The notes: generated by a model not told the origin, from the letters alone. A DNA stretch of 64,000 nucleotides from Chloroflexota bacterium (GCA_027623195.1 JAQBUT010000004.1:85308-149307); one strand, 5' to 3'. Positions 29,453 to 40,144 are shown, counted from the stretch's first letter. Translations and numbers: made by a program.

Positions 29453-29616
29453 TTGAACCCTAGAATCTACCCTGTTATTATATAGAGGCAGCCAATCCTA
29501 GCCGGGAACGGTGAGCATTACAATGAAAATCGAACTAAGCGCCTTGGTAGGCGTCTGCGCAGCCACAATTGTAACGGGACAAAGCCTTTCTGACGAGGGT
29601 CGGAAAGGCTTTTGTC
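29453..29616 (+). promoter_or_regulatory. Promoter and structured 5' leader with terminator upstream of the pantothenate operon (candidate pan-motif-like attenuator)
   Basis: TTGAAC-17-TATTAT; small hairpins; terminator GACAAAGCCTTTCTGAC-GAGG-GTCGGAAAGGCTTTTGTC (29578-29616) before the first gene. Confidence 0.55.
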
Positions 29617-29632
29617 GTTGTTTGGGATGTAT

Positions 29633-30619
29633 TTGACTGATTCAATGGGCATTACAGACGTAGAGGGCGTGAAGGTGGGTCATAGTACTAACCTGGAGGC
29701 GGCAACCGGCTGTACCGTAATCCTGTGCGAGGACGGAGCCGTTGGTGGTGTCGACGTACGTGGCCCGTCGCCCGGCACCCGCGAGACGGACCTGTTGCGC
29801 CCCACGTATAACGTCAACGTCGTTCACGCCATCCTGCTCAGTGGGGGCAGCGCCTTCGGACTGGACGCTGCGTCGGGTGTCATGCGCTACCTTGAGGAGC
29901 GAGACATTGGGTACCAGGCTGGTGACGTTAAGGTGCCCATAGTCCCGGCGGCGATACTTTACGACCTGAGAATGATTACAAACAAGGTCCGCCCTGGACC
30001 TGAAGACGGCTACGCGGCCTGCGAAAGCGCCTCAAGAGAGCCTGTCGAAGAGGGCAGCGTTGGAGCCGGCACAGGAGCCACCGTGGGCAAGGTCATGGGC
30101 TACGACCGGGGCGTCAAAGGCGGCATTGGAACATCCAGCATACATCTGGGCGACGGCCTTGTGGTGGGCGCAATAACTGCTGTTAACGCCATAGGCGGCG
30201 TGTACGAGCACCGCACGGGCGCGCTGGTTGCAGGCCCGCGTAACCCAGACTCCGGACTAATGTTGGATTCGCTGGAGCTCATGACCTCTCCAAACTTCAA
30301 GAGGCCGCAGGTGGTGCCGGGAACCAACACGACTATTGGAGTTGTGGCGACCAACGCCCGCCTAACGAAAGAGCAAGCCAACAAGCTAGCGTCATCGTCC
30401 CACGACGGCCTGGCCATGGCGGTAAGACCTGCCCACCTAATGGGCGACGGAGACGTCATATTCGGGCTGGCAACTGGCAAGCACGAGCCAGAGGTCGAAC
30501 TTAACCGGATACTGGCCGCCGCCGCGGTCTGCGTCAGCGATGCCATAGTGCGGGCCATTCGCATGGCCACAGGCCTGGGTGGAATTCCCTGCATTGGTGA
30601 GTTGGCAAAACATGACTAG
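29633..30619 (+). CDS. P1/S58 family (DmpA-like) peptidase
   Basis: ITDV.GVKVGH, GVDVRG..PGTRETDLL, LSGGSAFGL, NTTIGVVATNA, DGD; start uncertain (29633 or 29645). Confidence 0.9.
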   Translation: MTDSMGITDVEGVKVGHSTNLEAATGCTVILCEDGAVGGVDVRGPSPGTRETDLLRPTYNVNVVHAILLSGGSAFGLDAASGVMRYLEERDIGYQAGDVKVPIVPAAILYDLRMITNKVRPGPEDGYAACESASREPVEEGSVGAGTGATVGKVMGYDRGVKGGIGTSSIHLGDGLVVGAITAVNAIGGVYEHRTGALVAGPRNPDSGLMLDSLELMTSPNFKRPQVVPGTNTTIGVVATNARLTKEQANKLASSSHDGLAMAVRPAHLMGDGDVIFGLATGKHEPEVELNRILAAAAVCVSDAIVRAIRMATGLGGIPCIGELAKHD

Positions 30620-31496
30620 TTTCAACCGGCAGTCGAAGATAGCCTTTCTGGGCGCAGGCAAGGTCGGTGGCTCTCTGGCGCTGGCCCTGGCAAACGCTGG
30701 CTATCCCGTAATAGCCGTGGCCAGCAGGACACAAGCCTCGGCCAACGAATTTGCCGAGCGGATCAGCGGCTGCGAAGCCTACCAGGGCTACCAGGAGGCG
30801 GCGGATTTGGCTGATGTGGCCTTCGTAACCACGTCGGACGACTACATTAGCCCGGTGGCAGCATCTGTGACGTGGAGCCAAGGTCAGGCGGTGGTGCACT
30901 GCTCCGGAGCGGCGTCGCTGGACCTGTTCGACGGACCAAAGGCCCAGGGCGCGATACCAGGGGCATTCCATCCGCTGCAAGCCTTCTCGTCTGTGGAAAA
31001 TGGGGTGAAGAGCATACCCGGCACAACGTTCGGCATTGAGGCCGGAGACGACATAAGGCCATACCTGGAGCGGATGGCCCACGATATCGGAGCGAATCCT
31101 GTCCTTCTGAGAGCTGAAGATAAGGTGCTCTACCACCTGAGCGGCGTCCTGATGGGCAACCTGCTCACCTGCCTTGTGGGCATCGCCGGCGGCGTTTGGG
31201 AGCACATAGGCTACACCCGCGCGGACGGCGTTAAAGCGCTGCTCCCCATGATGCGAGCGGTCGCTAACAATATCGAAGCGTCGGGCATACCGGGTGCGGT
31301 AGCTGGTCCTTATCCCCGCGGTGACATCGGCACCATAAACAAACACCTGGAGGCGCTGCGGGACCGTGATCCCAGCCTGCTTCCGCTTTACTGCGAACTC
31401 GCGCTCGCCGGGCTGCCCCAGGCTGTAGAGCGCGGCCTAAACGAAAACACAGGCGAAGAGATTCGCCGTAACATCGAGAAATTTCGAGAGCGATAA
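30612..31496 (+). CDS. panG: Rossmann-like/DUF2520 protein, probable PanG-type ketopantoate reductase
   Basis: [27 protein letters not shown]; located in the pan operon. Confidence 0.75.
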   Translation: MTSFNRQSKIAFLGAGKVGGSLALALANAGYPVIAVASRTQASANEFAERISGCEAYQGYQEAADLADVAFVTTSDDYISPVAASVTWSQGQAVVHCSGAASLDLFDGPKAQGAIPGAFHPLQAFSSVENGVKSIPGTTFGIEAGDDIRPYLERMAHDIGANPVLLRAEDKVLYHLSGVLMGNLLTCLVGIAGGVWEHIGYTRADGVKALLPMMRAVANNIEASGIPGAVAGPYPRGDIGTINKHLEALRDRDPSLLPLYCELALAGLPQAVERGLNENTGEEIRRNIEKFRER

Positions 31497-31539
31497 CGGA
31501 CATAGGCCCTCACTCAAGAAAGACAAGAGGAGGTACCAG

Positions 31540-32388
31540 ATGCGAGTGACAATCCGAGACCTGAAGAACATGAAGGCGCGTGGCGAGAAGATAGCCATGA
31601 TAACCGCCTACGACTACACGTCGGCCATGATAGTCGAGAGGGCGGGCATACCTATCATTCTGGTTGGCGACAGCCTCGGGCACGTAATAATGGGCCACGA
31701 CTCCACGGTACCCGTGACTATGGCGGATATGATCCACCACATTCAGGCAGTAATGCGCGGCACGGAGAAGACTCACGTAGTCGGCGACATGCCATTCATG
31801 AGCTATCAGGCCGACGCTGCCGACGGCGTTCGCAACGCCGGACGCCTGCTTAAAGAGGGCGGTTGCCAGTCGGTTAAGCTGGAGGGCGGACGCCCGGTGG
31901 CTGACATCGTGCGAAAGATTGTGCAGGCAGGCATACCTGTGATGGGTCACCTGGGCCTGACTCCTCAAGCGGTGAACCAGCTTGGCGGATACCGAATCCA
32001 GGGACGCACCACCAAGGCTGCTGTCGAGCTAATCGACGACGCTAAGGCCCTGGAAGAGGCTGGCGCTTACGCTCTGGTCCTGGAAGGCGTACCCACGCAA
32101 CTGGCCCAGATGGTAACCGAACGACTCAGCATCCCCACCATAGGTATAGGCGCGGGCGTGCATTGCGACGGTCAGGTTCAGGTGTTCCACGACCTGCTGG
32201 GGCTATTCGACGACTTCGCTCCCAAGCACGCCAGAAAATACGCCAACCTGTCGGAAGTTATTCAGGACGCAGTTTCGCGATATGTCAGCGATGTGCAGGC
32301 CCGGACCTTCCCCAATGAAAAGGAGAGCTTCAATATGAAGCCTGAGGTGGCGCAGGAGCTTACCGGCCAGCACTTCGAGACGGTATAA
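31540..32388 (+). CDS. panB: 3-methyl-2-oxobutanoate hydroxymethyltransferase
   Basis: [36 protein letters not shown]. Confidence 0.97.
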   Translation: MRVTIRDLKNMKARGEKIAMITAYDYTSAMIVERAGIPIILVGDSLGHVIMGHDSTVPVTMADMIHHIQAVMRGTEKTHVVGDMPFMSYQADAADGVRNAGRLLKEGGCQSVKLEGGRPVADIVRKIVQAGIPVMGHLGLTPQAVNQLGGYRIQGRTTKAAVELIDDAKALEEAGAYALVLEGVPTQLAQMVTERLSIPTIGIGAGVHCDGQVQVFHDLLGLFDDFAPKHARKYANLSEVIQDAVSRYVSDVQARTFPNEKESFNMKPEVAQELTGQHFETV

Positions 32389-32399
32389 GTCCTGACTGC

Positions 32400-33230
32400 A
32401 TGAAAGTAATCGACACTATAGCTGAATTTCGGAATACGTCTGCAGGTGCGGCCAAACCGTTGGGCTTGGTGCCCACCATGGGATTCCTACACCAGGGGCA
32501 CATGTCGCTGGTGCAGAGGGCCCGTGCCGAAAACGCTACGGTCGCCGTCAGCATTTTCGTTAACCCTACGCAGTTCAGTCCTAATGAGGATTTTTCGGCC
32601 TACCCACGGAATATGGGCGCCGATCTTGCCATGCTCAGGGAAGCTGGCGTTGATCTAGTCTTCGCCCCACGTGCCGAAGAGGTATACCCGTCGGGCTTCG
32701 AGACGCAGGTGGACGTAGGCAACATCGCCTCCAGGCTGGAGGGGGAACACAGGCCGGGCCACTTCAAGGGCGTCGCCACAGTCGTATGCAAACTGTTGAC
32801 CATCGTCAGGCCCGACAGGTGCTACTTCGGTCAGAAGGACGCGCAGCAATGCCTGGTCATACAACGGCTCAATACCGACCTTAACCTGGGCGCAGAAATT
32901 GTCGTTTGTCCTACGGTGCGGGAACCGGACGGTCTGGCCCTCAGCAGCCGCAACGTAAACCTCAGCCCCGACGAACGTAATGCGTCGTTGGTGCTGTACC
33001 GCGCGCTGTCCAAAGCCAAGGCCATGCGAGACTCCGGGGTCGCCGATGCTGAGGAAATCAAGCTAGCCATGCGAAACTTAATCGAGGGCGAACCCCTGGC
33101 GCAGATTGGTTACGTCAGCGTGGCCGACCCGTTCACCTTGCTGGAGCTAAGTAATATAGACGGACAAGCTCTGGCCTCCATGGCCGTGCACATCGGCAAA
33201 ACCCGGCTCATCGACAACATGGTGATATGA
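32400..33230 (+). CDS. panC: Pantoate--beta-alanine ligase
   Basis: VPTMGFLHQGH, SIFVNPTQF, RPGHF.GV, FGQKD.QQ, GLALSSRN, RLIDN. Confidence 0.97.
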   Translation: MKVIDTIAEFRNTSAGAAKPLGLVPTMGFLHQGHMSLVQRARAENATVAVSIFVNPTQFSPNEDFSAYPRNMGADLAMLREAGVDLVFAPRAEEVYPSGFETQVDVGNIASRLEGEHRPGHFKGVATVVCKLLTIVRPDRCYFGQKDAQQCLVIQRLNTDLNLGAEIVVCPTVREPDGLALSSRNVNLSPDERNASLVLYRALSKAKAMRDSGVADAEEIKLAMRNLIEGEPLAQIGYVSVADPFTLLELSNIDGQALASMAVHIGKTRLIDNMVI

Positions 33231-33252
33231 TGAGTGACCGCAATATGGTTTA

Positions 33253-34050
33253 TTGGAGACCCGCTTGAACATCCTCATCACCAATGACGACAGCGTAAAC
33301 GCGACCGGCCTATGGACGCTGGCCAGGGCATTACAGGAGCTAGGCACCGTGACAGTCGTTGCGCCAGACCGCGACCAGAGTGGTATCGGCGCTGCGCTTA
33401 CGCTGCAAGCCGTCGTTCGGACCCGCGAAGTGGACCCACCTCCAGTGGAAGGCATTCGCACGATTGCGGTAGAAGGCACGCCGGCGGACTGCGTTGTTCT
33501 GGCAGTGGAAAGCCTGGTGTCCGGTCCCATCGACCTGCTGGTTTCCGGGATCAACCAGGGTTCAAATTTAGGCATGGACGTGATGGTATCCGGGACGTTT
33601 GGCGGAGCAATGCAGGGTTACTTTCGCAACATACCCTCCATCGCTATTTCAGTGGCCTCTCTCACCAACGTCCAGTACGATGCAGCCGCGCTAACGGCCA
33701 AAACTCTGGCAAAATCCATTTCCAGTAATGGATTCACGGCGCCTCTCATGTTTAACGTCAACCTACCCAACGCCACGCCGGACCGCATCCAGAATGTAGA
33801 CATCACCCGGCTGGGACCACGCCAATACCTGGAGAACGTGGAGCGGGGAACCAACGGTCGAGCGACTCACTACTGGATAAAGCACAACAAGAACATCAAC
33901 CCCACCGTCGCCGAGGGCACGGACATATGGGCCATTCGCAACAGCCGTATATCAATCACCCCTATGAACGGCCTGTTTGGCCCCGATGAATCCTCTCCTG
34001 ATTTTCAGGTGCTGGCGGACGATGTGGCAAACAGCCTGGGCATCGCATGA
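33253..34050 (+). CDS. surE: 5'/3'-nucleotidase SurE
   Basis: ILITNDD, VVAPDRDQSG, GTPADCV, SGINQG.N.G. Confidence 0.93.
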   Translation: METRLNILITNDDSVNATGLWTLARALQELGTVTVVAPDRDQSGIGAALTLQAVVRTREVDPPPVEGIRTIAVEGTPADCVVLAVESLVSGPIDLLVSGINQGSNLGMDVMVSGTFGGAMQGYFRNIPSIAISVASLTNVQYDAAALTAKTLAKSISSNGFTAPLMFNVNLPNATPDRIQNVDITRLGPRQYLENVERGTNGRATHYWIKHNKNINPTVAEGTDIWAIRNSRISITPMNGLFGPDESSPDFQVLADDVANSLGIA

Positions 34051-34158
34051 CGCCTCCCTGTTCATCTTAGGGAACAGTTGACAGGCATTGGCCTCCCCCA
34101 CGACAATTGGCAGCGAGCGAATACCCGCTAACTACGTGCTAATTAATAGGAGGCCACC

Positions 34159-34485
34159 ATGATCTACGAGTACCGCGTTTACGAGACTTTACCTGGAATG
34201 CTCCCTAACCTTCACGCCCGATTCCGCGACCACACCACCAAGATCTTCGAGCGACACGGCATCAAGAACATCGGCTACTGGACTTCCGAGGTAGGCGACT
34301 TCTCCGACAGACTCATTTACATCGTGGCCTTTGAAGACGCCGGACAGCGTCAAAGGGCCTGGGAATCCTTCCGCAACGACCCAGAGTGGCAGAAGGTCCG
34401 CGCAGAATCCGAGGCCAACGGTCTCATCGTTAAGCGCGTGTCCAACAGTCTTCTGAATCCCACCGACTACTCGCCCCTACAGTAG
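34159..34485 (+). CDS. NIPSNAP family protein
   Basis: IYEYRVY, RF.DHT...F.RHG, W..F..DPEW, PTDYSP. Confidence 0.9.
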   Translation: MIYEYRVYETLPGMLPNLHARFRDHTTKIFERHGIKNIGYWTSEVGDFSDRLIYIVAFEDAGQRQRAWESFRNDPEWQKVRAESEANGLIVKRVSNSLLNPTDYSPLQ

Positions 34486-34639
34486 ACAATCTATCCACCG
34501 GAATTATGGTTCCTTGCCATACCGCCGTCGCCGTTATATGCTAGGCGGCGGCACTGGCGTGGGCACGCCTTCCCGCACCGTGTGCCATCATGAAAATTGC
34601 TTTCCGCTATACATCTAAAAAGAGGAGGAAGAGCACGCA

Positions 34640-35782
34640 ATGGCTGATTTGCGCAGAACTGTCGCCATAGTTGGCGTAGCCGAATCCGACGAGATCGGAC
34701 GAGTAGAGAAATCAAATCTTCAGCTTCATGCCGAAGCTGCCTACAACGCCCTGGAGGACGCCGGGCTGACAATGAAGGACGTCAACGGCCTTATGACGGC
34801 TGGCACCTCAACGATCAACCTGGGCGAGTACCTGGGCGTACAGCCCATGTTCACAGATACCACGGCAGTTGGCGGATCGTCGTTCATCATCCACATAGCC
34901 CACGCTATGGCCGCCATCAACGCCGGCTACTGCGACACCATCCTGGTCACCCACGGCGAGGCGGGACGCAGCGCCCGTTCCCGGCCCGGCGCGAACGCCT
35001 CGGATCCGGGGCCGCAATACGAGATTCCGTACGGGTTCATCGGCGCCCCCATCAACTACGCCATGGCCGCCCGACGTTACATGCACATCTACGGCGACGA
35101 CTATACTCGGCAGGGCATGGCCGAGGTAGCCGTGGCAACCCGCAAGTGGGCCAACCTTAACCCCAAGGCCTACATGCAGGGTCAGGAAATGTCCTTCGAC
35201 GACTACCACGACTCCCGCTGGATCTCGTGGCCTTTCCATCTGTTCGACTGCTGCCTGGTGACAGACGCCGGCGGCGCATACGTGGTCACTACGGCCGAGC
35301 GCGCACGCAACCTGCCCAAGAAGCCCGTATACGTATTGGGCGCAGGCGAGGGCCACGACCACGGCATCCTTAGCCAGATGCCTGACCTAACCCGCACATG
35401 GGCCAGGAACTCCGGCCCTGCTGCCATGAAAATGGCAGGCGTCACTCACAACGACATCGATCTGGCCATGATTTACGACTCCTTCACCTACACTGTGCTG
35501 GCCACACTGGAAAGCCTGGGCTTCTGCGGTCCCGGAGAGGCTCCTGACTTCGTCAAGGACCAGCGCACGGCACCCGGTGGAAACTTCGCCATGAACACCA
35601 GCGGTGGCGGCCTGTCCTACACACACTCGGGCATGTATGGCATGTTCCTGGTGCTCGAGGCGGTACGTCAGCTTCGCGGCGAGACCGGCGAAAGGCAGAT
35701 TGATAATCCCAAGCTGTCTCTGGTCCACGGTACCGGCGGGTCCCTGTCATCCACAGGAACCGTAATCCTGGGTGTCGACTAA
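34640..35782 (+). CDS. Thiolase-superfamily protein (SCP-x/Ltp2-like, no catalytic Cys)
   Basis: VAIVGV, DCCLVTD.GGA, YDSFT, NTSGGGLS; GGSS in place of the thiolase Cys motif. Confidence 0.85.
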   Translation: MADLRRTVAIVGVAESDEIGRVEKSNLQLHAEAAYNALEDAGLTMKDVNGLMTAGTSTINLGEYLGVQPMFTDTTAVGGSSFIIHIAHAMAAINAGYCDTILVTHGEAGRSARSRPGANASDPGPQYEIPYGFIGAPINYAMAARRYMHIYGDDYTRQGMAEVAVATRKWANLNPKAYMQGQEMSFDDYHDSRWISWPFHLFDCCLVTDAGGAYVVTTAERARNLPKKPVYVLGAGEGHDHGILSQMPDLTRTWARNSGPAAMKMAGVTHNDIDLAMIYDSFTYTVLATLESLGFCGPGEAPDFVKDQRTAPGGNFAMNTSGGGLSYTHSGMYGMFLVLEAVRQLRGETGERQIDNPKLSLVHGTGGSLSSTGTVILGVD

Positions 35783-35808
35783 CAACTACTTATAATGAGG
35801 AGCCGATA

Positions 35809-36225
35809 ATGACTTCCGATTACAAAAAGCCAATACCCGTCCCGCAGTTCGAGTCCGACCACTACTGGCAGAAGGCCAAGGAGAAGGAGCTGTGGCTGCG
35901 CAAGTGCAACGCCTGCAGCAAGGTCTACTTCTACCCCAGGGACATTTCGCCGTGCTGCTTTTCCAGGGACACCACCTGGGTTCAGGCCAGTGGCAAGGCC
36001 ACGCTATTCACCTACGGCATAGTGCAGAGGGCGCCCCATCCTGGTTTCGTGCCGGATGTGCCCTTCGTTACTGCAATGGTGGAGCTTGAAGAGGGACCTA
36101 TCATGGCAACAAACATCGTCATGGACGACCCTACGCCTGAGAAGCTGCAAGTTGGCATGGCGCTAGAAGTGGTGTTCGAGGACATCACAGACACGATCGC
36201 TCTGCCGAAGTTCAAGCCTGCATAG
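35809..36225 (+). CDS. DUF35 Zn-ribbon/OB-fold protein
   Basis: CNAC...YPR..SPCC, ASGKATLFTY, VELEEGP; adjacent to the thiolase-like gene. Confidence 0.9.
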   Translation: MTSDYKKPIPVPQFESDHYWQKAKEKELWLRKCNACSKVYFYPRDISPCCFSRDTTWVQASGKATLFTYGIVQRAPHPGFVPDVPFVTAMVELEEGPIMATNIVMDDPTPEKLQVGMALEVVFEDITDTIALPKFKPA

Positions 36226-36238
36226 GCTGCGTCATGAG

Positions 36239-36279
36239 AAAAAAAGAGGGCCGGTCAATTGACCGGCCCTCTTTTTTTT
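36239..36279. terminator. Bidirectional intrinsic terminator
   Basis: A-tract-GAGGGCCGGTC-AATT-GACCGGCCCTC-T-tract between convergent genes. Confidence 0.85.
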
Positions 36280-36282
36280 GCC

Positions 36283-36609
36283 TTAGCTTTTGGCGTTTGC
36301 CTTGCACTCGTCGCAAGGACACAACTTTCTAAGCAGTTCAAATGGGTAAATGCCCGTATAGTGGGTATCGCTCCAGAGGAATTGAATAGCATATTTACCC
36401 ACAGGAATGTGGTCTTCTATGCGAATGTTCGCCTCCACAGTGGCAGGGTCCAGTAGAGGCCGGTTCGTCCACTCTTCCACGCATTCAGCACATGAGCAGT
36501 TGATTCGCAGGTACTTGGACTCATAGTGACTCATGTGGCCGTCACTCCACTCCAAGTCCAACCCATCGTCGCCTATTTTTAGCCTGCTTACCTTGTGATT
36601 GGTCGTCAT
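36283..36609 (-). CDS. DUF971/gamma-butyrobetaine hydroxylase N-terminal-like protein
   Basis: WSDGH.S.Y...LR..CSCAEC, VGKYA...WSD.H.TGIY. Confidence 0.88.
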   Translation of the reverse strand: MTTNHKVSRLKIGDDGLDLEWSDGHMSHYESKYLRINCSCAECVEEWTNRPLLDPATVEANIRIEDHIPVGKYAIQFLWSDTHYTGIYPFELLRKLCPCDECKANAKS

Positions 36610-36728
36610 ACGTTCCTCGGCTGATGCTGCGTTAGGTGCTTTCGCTGCGTCGCCCCGCGCACGTAGGCTTTGGCGTGGGGCGTTGTGACGTAGTTCCAGT
36701 ATATGGCACCTTGGAATCCCACAACAAC

Positions 36729-36766
36729 AGAAAGGCCGTCCTGAAACTAATCAGAGCGGCCTTTCT
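36729..36766 (-). terminator. Hairpin downstream of the S8 peptidase
   Basis: AGAAAGGCCG...CGGCCTTTCT. Confidence 0.5.
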
Positions 36767-36794
36767 AGCTAATCCATTTGGCGATTTTGAAGTG

Positions 36795-38628
36795 CTACGG
36801 CTTGAAGATCACCATCGTGGTGCCGTCGCTATCTGCATCCGGGTCGTGATTGTCGTCCTGGTCATAGGTATACGTCTTATGGCCGACACCGGTGACTTGG
36901 AACGTTACACCGGCTACGCCGTCATCAAATCTGTCACTTCTGAACCTACAGGTGCCATCCAGCTTTACACGGCAGGAATCAGTATCGGTTCCGTCAGGTG
37001 TAGTCCAAGTAACCTCAACCCTGGCCCGATTTACGGCAACTTCGCCGGAGTCGTGAACAAGGACAGTCACGTATGCCTCCCACCTACCACGCCTACCTTG
37101 TTTGATCGAGACATCTATGTCTCCAACGTGCATCAGCTTAAGAACTACGGGGGGTGCCGAACTTACGGTCAGCGTCGCGTTGTTACTAATAACGCCGTCC
37201 ATAAGTGCCACGATATTCGCGGTGCCCTCTTCTACGCCGTTGGCCATACCCGTGTCATCCACAGTGGCCACGGCTGTATCAGAGCTATCCCAGTTAACGC
37301 TTGACGTCACGTTTACAAAAGAGCCGTCGTCATAATTCGCAACAGCCTTGTACTGCTGGGACTTGCCCTTCTCTATGGTCTTATTGGCAGGCGAAACGTC
37401 GATAGAAGTCAAAACCGGGTCAGATGTCGGAGGAGGTGGTGACGCCGTTCCTACGTGGGGCAGTCCATATCCGGAGGCTACATCGTAGCCAACGCCTGCG
37501 CCCCTGCCGCTCGTGATATCAGTAGCCGTCGTCCTCAGATACGTTCTGGTGCTATTGGGGTCGCCCTGCCACAGCTTTGCAGCCAGGCCCGCGACCTGCG
37601 GTGCGGCCATGGAAGTGCCCGAGTAATAGGCATAACCGCTAGGTTCAATTGCAGTAGGGAACGTTGATTCCACAATTTTGCCGGCAGCGGCAAACTCGAT
37701 TTCGCCGATGCTAACCACGCTGTCGTCACCGTCGTCCACGCCTCGGCTGCTGAAATTAGTCACAGACTCGGCATTATCTATGGCCGCAACGGCAATGACG
37801 TTAGGGTCCCAGGCAGGATACTCTATGCTACCGCGGGCAGGTCCAGTGTTACCAGCCGAGGCTACAAATAGAATGCTGCCCTTATGCCTGTCTATGGCTG
37901 CCGCTATCCGAGAGTCAGACGACGGACCGCCAATGCTCATTGTTATTACGTTAACGAGATTGTTATTACCCAGGTAATCTATGGCTGCCGCAATGTCGTC
38001 GGCAAGGCAACCCGAGGAGGAGCAGACCATTATGGAATAAAGGCCCGCCTCCGGAGCTACGCCCCAAATGCCGGTGTGAGTGGAGCCACCATCAGCCACA
38101 GCCGAACCAGCCGTGTGGGTGCCGTGGCCGTCCCAGTCCTGGCAGGTATTGTTGGCTGCATCACTTAGGGCAAGGCTACCAGTGGCATCCTTGCAACCCA
38201 CTACACGGCCAACCAGGTCGGGGTGATTCCGGTCAATGCCGGTATCCAGGTGACCAATGGTAATGCCTGCGCCACCGGATGTCTGGCTAATACCAGTATC
38301 AGAGTAGATCTGCTCAATTCCATAAGGCGTAGGGTCTGAGGGTACACCGTTGGGATGGTAGACCGCTACGTTGCTCGTGCTTAGACCAAGGTTCTTAACG
38401 TCCTGCCTGGATTTGCCATCCAGCTTGACAGAGAAGCCGCCCTGGAATCCGTGCCTATATTCCACCATCGCTACGCGCCAGAAAACTCTGTACCTCAGGC
38501 GAGCTCTCATCAGCGTCTATGTAGACGTATTCGGGAGCGTCGGCATCCACGTGGTAGGTCCCTACCGTGGATGCAAGGACAATGGCAGCTGTTAACGCCG
38601 CCAGGATGCTCCATCGTCTATTCACCAC
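36795..38628 (-). pseudogene. Secreted S8 (subtilisin-like) peptidase with Ig-like C-terminal domains, frameshifted near 38465
   Basis: Catalytic DTG, HGTH and GTSMA motifs in 36795..38510; signal peptide and propeptide start (MVNRRWSILAALTAAIVLAS..., GAGGAGG RBS) lie in another frame at 38455..38628. Confidence 0.75.
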
Positions 38629-39247
38629 TTCCTCCTCGTCCTTAACTTCGTAATTCAGCCACGAAGTAGCCGGTGGTCTACACCCTGTTGTTTACACCCG
38701 TAGGTTGTTCGTGCAGACCGCAATACGCATAATATATCCCGTATTCGGGCCTGCGAAACCGTATTAAACAGCCATTCACATAATCGTCGCCTATACAAAA
38801 CATAACCACTCTTCTCGTTAATCTGCTCCGCCGGCCTGCCTCCTAGATATAAACCAGATGGGATTAAGATTTGCACATGAAATCAAGAATCAGCGCAATA
38901 CGAACAATTACGCTATTTTCCTGTGATTCGTGCGGAGGGCAAACCCTTAAGCGCAGCCTAACAATGACGTCAAGAAAGCAAATGTAACCTGGAACCGAAG
39001 GGCATTGTTGAACTGGCGCACTATGATAATCTTGCGGCAAGGCTAACTTGGGCTCGAAGCCTGTTTTTCCAACGGACCCTTCAGCGACAAACGTGCTTCG
39101 TTCTGCGCCTGGAAATAGCCAAAACGTCATGCATCTTTTCGGAGGAGCCTGAACTGGTCGATTTGTAGGTCTGATCAACATAACCAGGGCCGAATCAGTT
39201 CGGAAATCGAAGATGTCTGGCCTATTGAACGTAGTGGGAGTGATGAA

Positions 39248-40060
39248 ATGAAGATGAAGAAGACCCGATGGCCGCTATTTGTGGTGGCGACACTCTTGGT
39301 TGCGATGCTAACCCTGCCTGCTGTGGCGAGTGCAGACCACGCCTGGGGTAGTTACCACTGGGCCCGCACAGCTAGTCCCCTGCCTCTGTCCCTCGGAGAC
39401 AACGTCTCCGGAGCTTGGGATGTGCACCTGGCCGCCGCCAATTCGGATTGGAACCTGTCACCGGTGCTCGACAATACCGTGGACGCAGGCCGCACTAATC
39501 CAAGAAAATGCAGCCCCGGTTCGGGCTTGGTCGAGATTTGCAATGCCCAATACGGCTTTAACGGCTGGCTCGGCATCGCTGGTATCTGGGCATCCGGAGA
39601 CCACATTACCAAGGGTTACGTGAAGGTTAACGATTCGTACTTCGACACTAGCACCTACAACACACCCGAGTGGCGTCAGTTGGTGATGTGCCAGGAGGTC
39701 GGTCACGTATTCGGCCTTGGTCACCAGGACGAAAACTTTAACAACCTGAATCTTGACACCTGCATGGACTACTCGAGCAGTCCTGGTTCAAACCAGAACC
39801 CAAACCAGCATGATTACGACATGTTGGCTTCAATGTATGCCCATTTAGATGCCTTTGACTCCTATTCTGCCGCGCCGATCGACGGCGGGTCCGGCGAAGG
39901 AAATGGTAATGGCCGGGGCAAAAAGGGCGAGGCGCCTGGGCTGGTCATGAGCGAGTGGGGCAAAGCCATCAGCACCGATGGTAAAGGCCGCCCCGACCTA
40001 TTCGAGGTCGATTTGGGGAACGGCAACAAGGTGCTCACCCACGTGTTCTGGGCCAACTAA
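39248..40060 (+). CDS. Secreted zinc-metallopeptidase-like protein (metzincin-like)
   Basis: Signal peptide (..PAVASA); CQEVGHVFGLGH and TCMDY Met-turn. Confidence 0.75.
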   Translation: MKMKKTRWPLFVVATLLVAMLTLPAVASADHAWGSYHWARTASPLPLSLGDNVSGAWDVHLAAANSDWNLSPVLDNTVDAGRTNPRKCSPGSGLVEICNAQYGFNGWLGIAGIWASGDHITKGYVKVNDSYFDTSTYNTPEWRQLVMCQEVGHVFGLGHQDENFNNLNLDTCMDYSSSPGSNQNPNQHDYDMLASMYAHLDAFDSYSAAPIDGGSGEGNGNGRGKKGEAPGLVMSEWGKAISTDGKGRPDLFEVDLGNGNKVLTHVFWAN

Positions 40061-40083
40061 GCCTTCGACACCACCTGTAATTG

Positions 40084-40120
40084 AAAAGAGGGCCTGGCTT
40101 ATCGCCAGCCCCTCTTTTTT
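40084..40120. terminator. Bidirectional intrinsic terminator
   Basis: AAAAGAGGG-CCTGGC...GCCAG-CCCCTCTTTTTT. Confidence 0.7.
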
Positions 40121-40144
40121 ATTAGCTAGACTTCGTTCTGAGCT

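Noticed and set aside
36636..37304. 222-aa plus-strand ORF and similar long antisense ORFs (6369..7058, 30534..31346, 52845..53471, 55239..55943)
   Set aside because: Shadow frames opposite well-supported genes, with no recognisable motifs
38655..39181. Two short minus-strand ORFs between the proteases
   Set aside because: No motifs or convincing RBS; likely intergenic regulatory DNA
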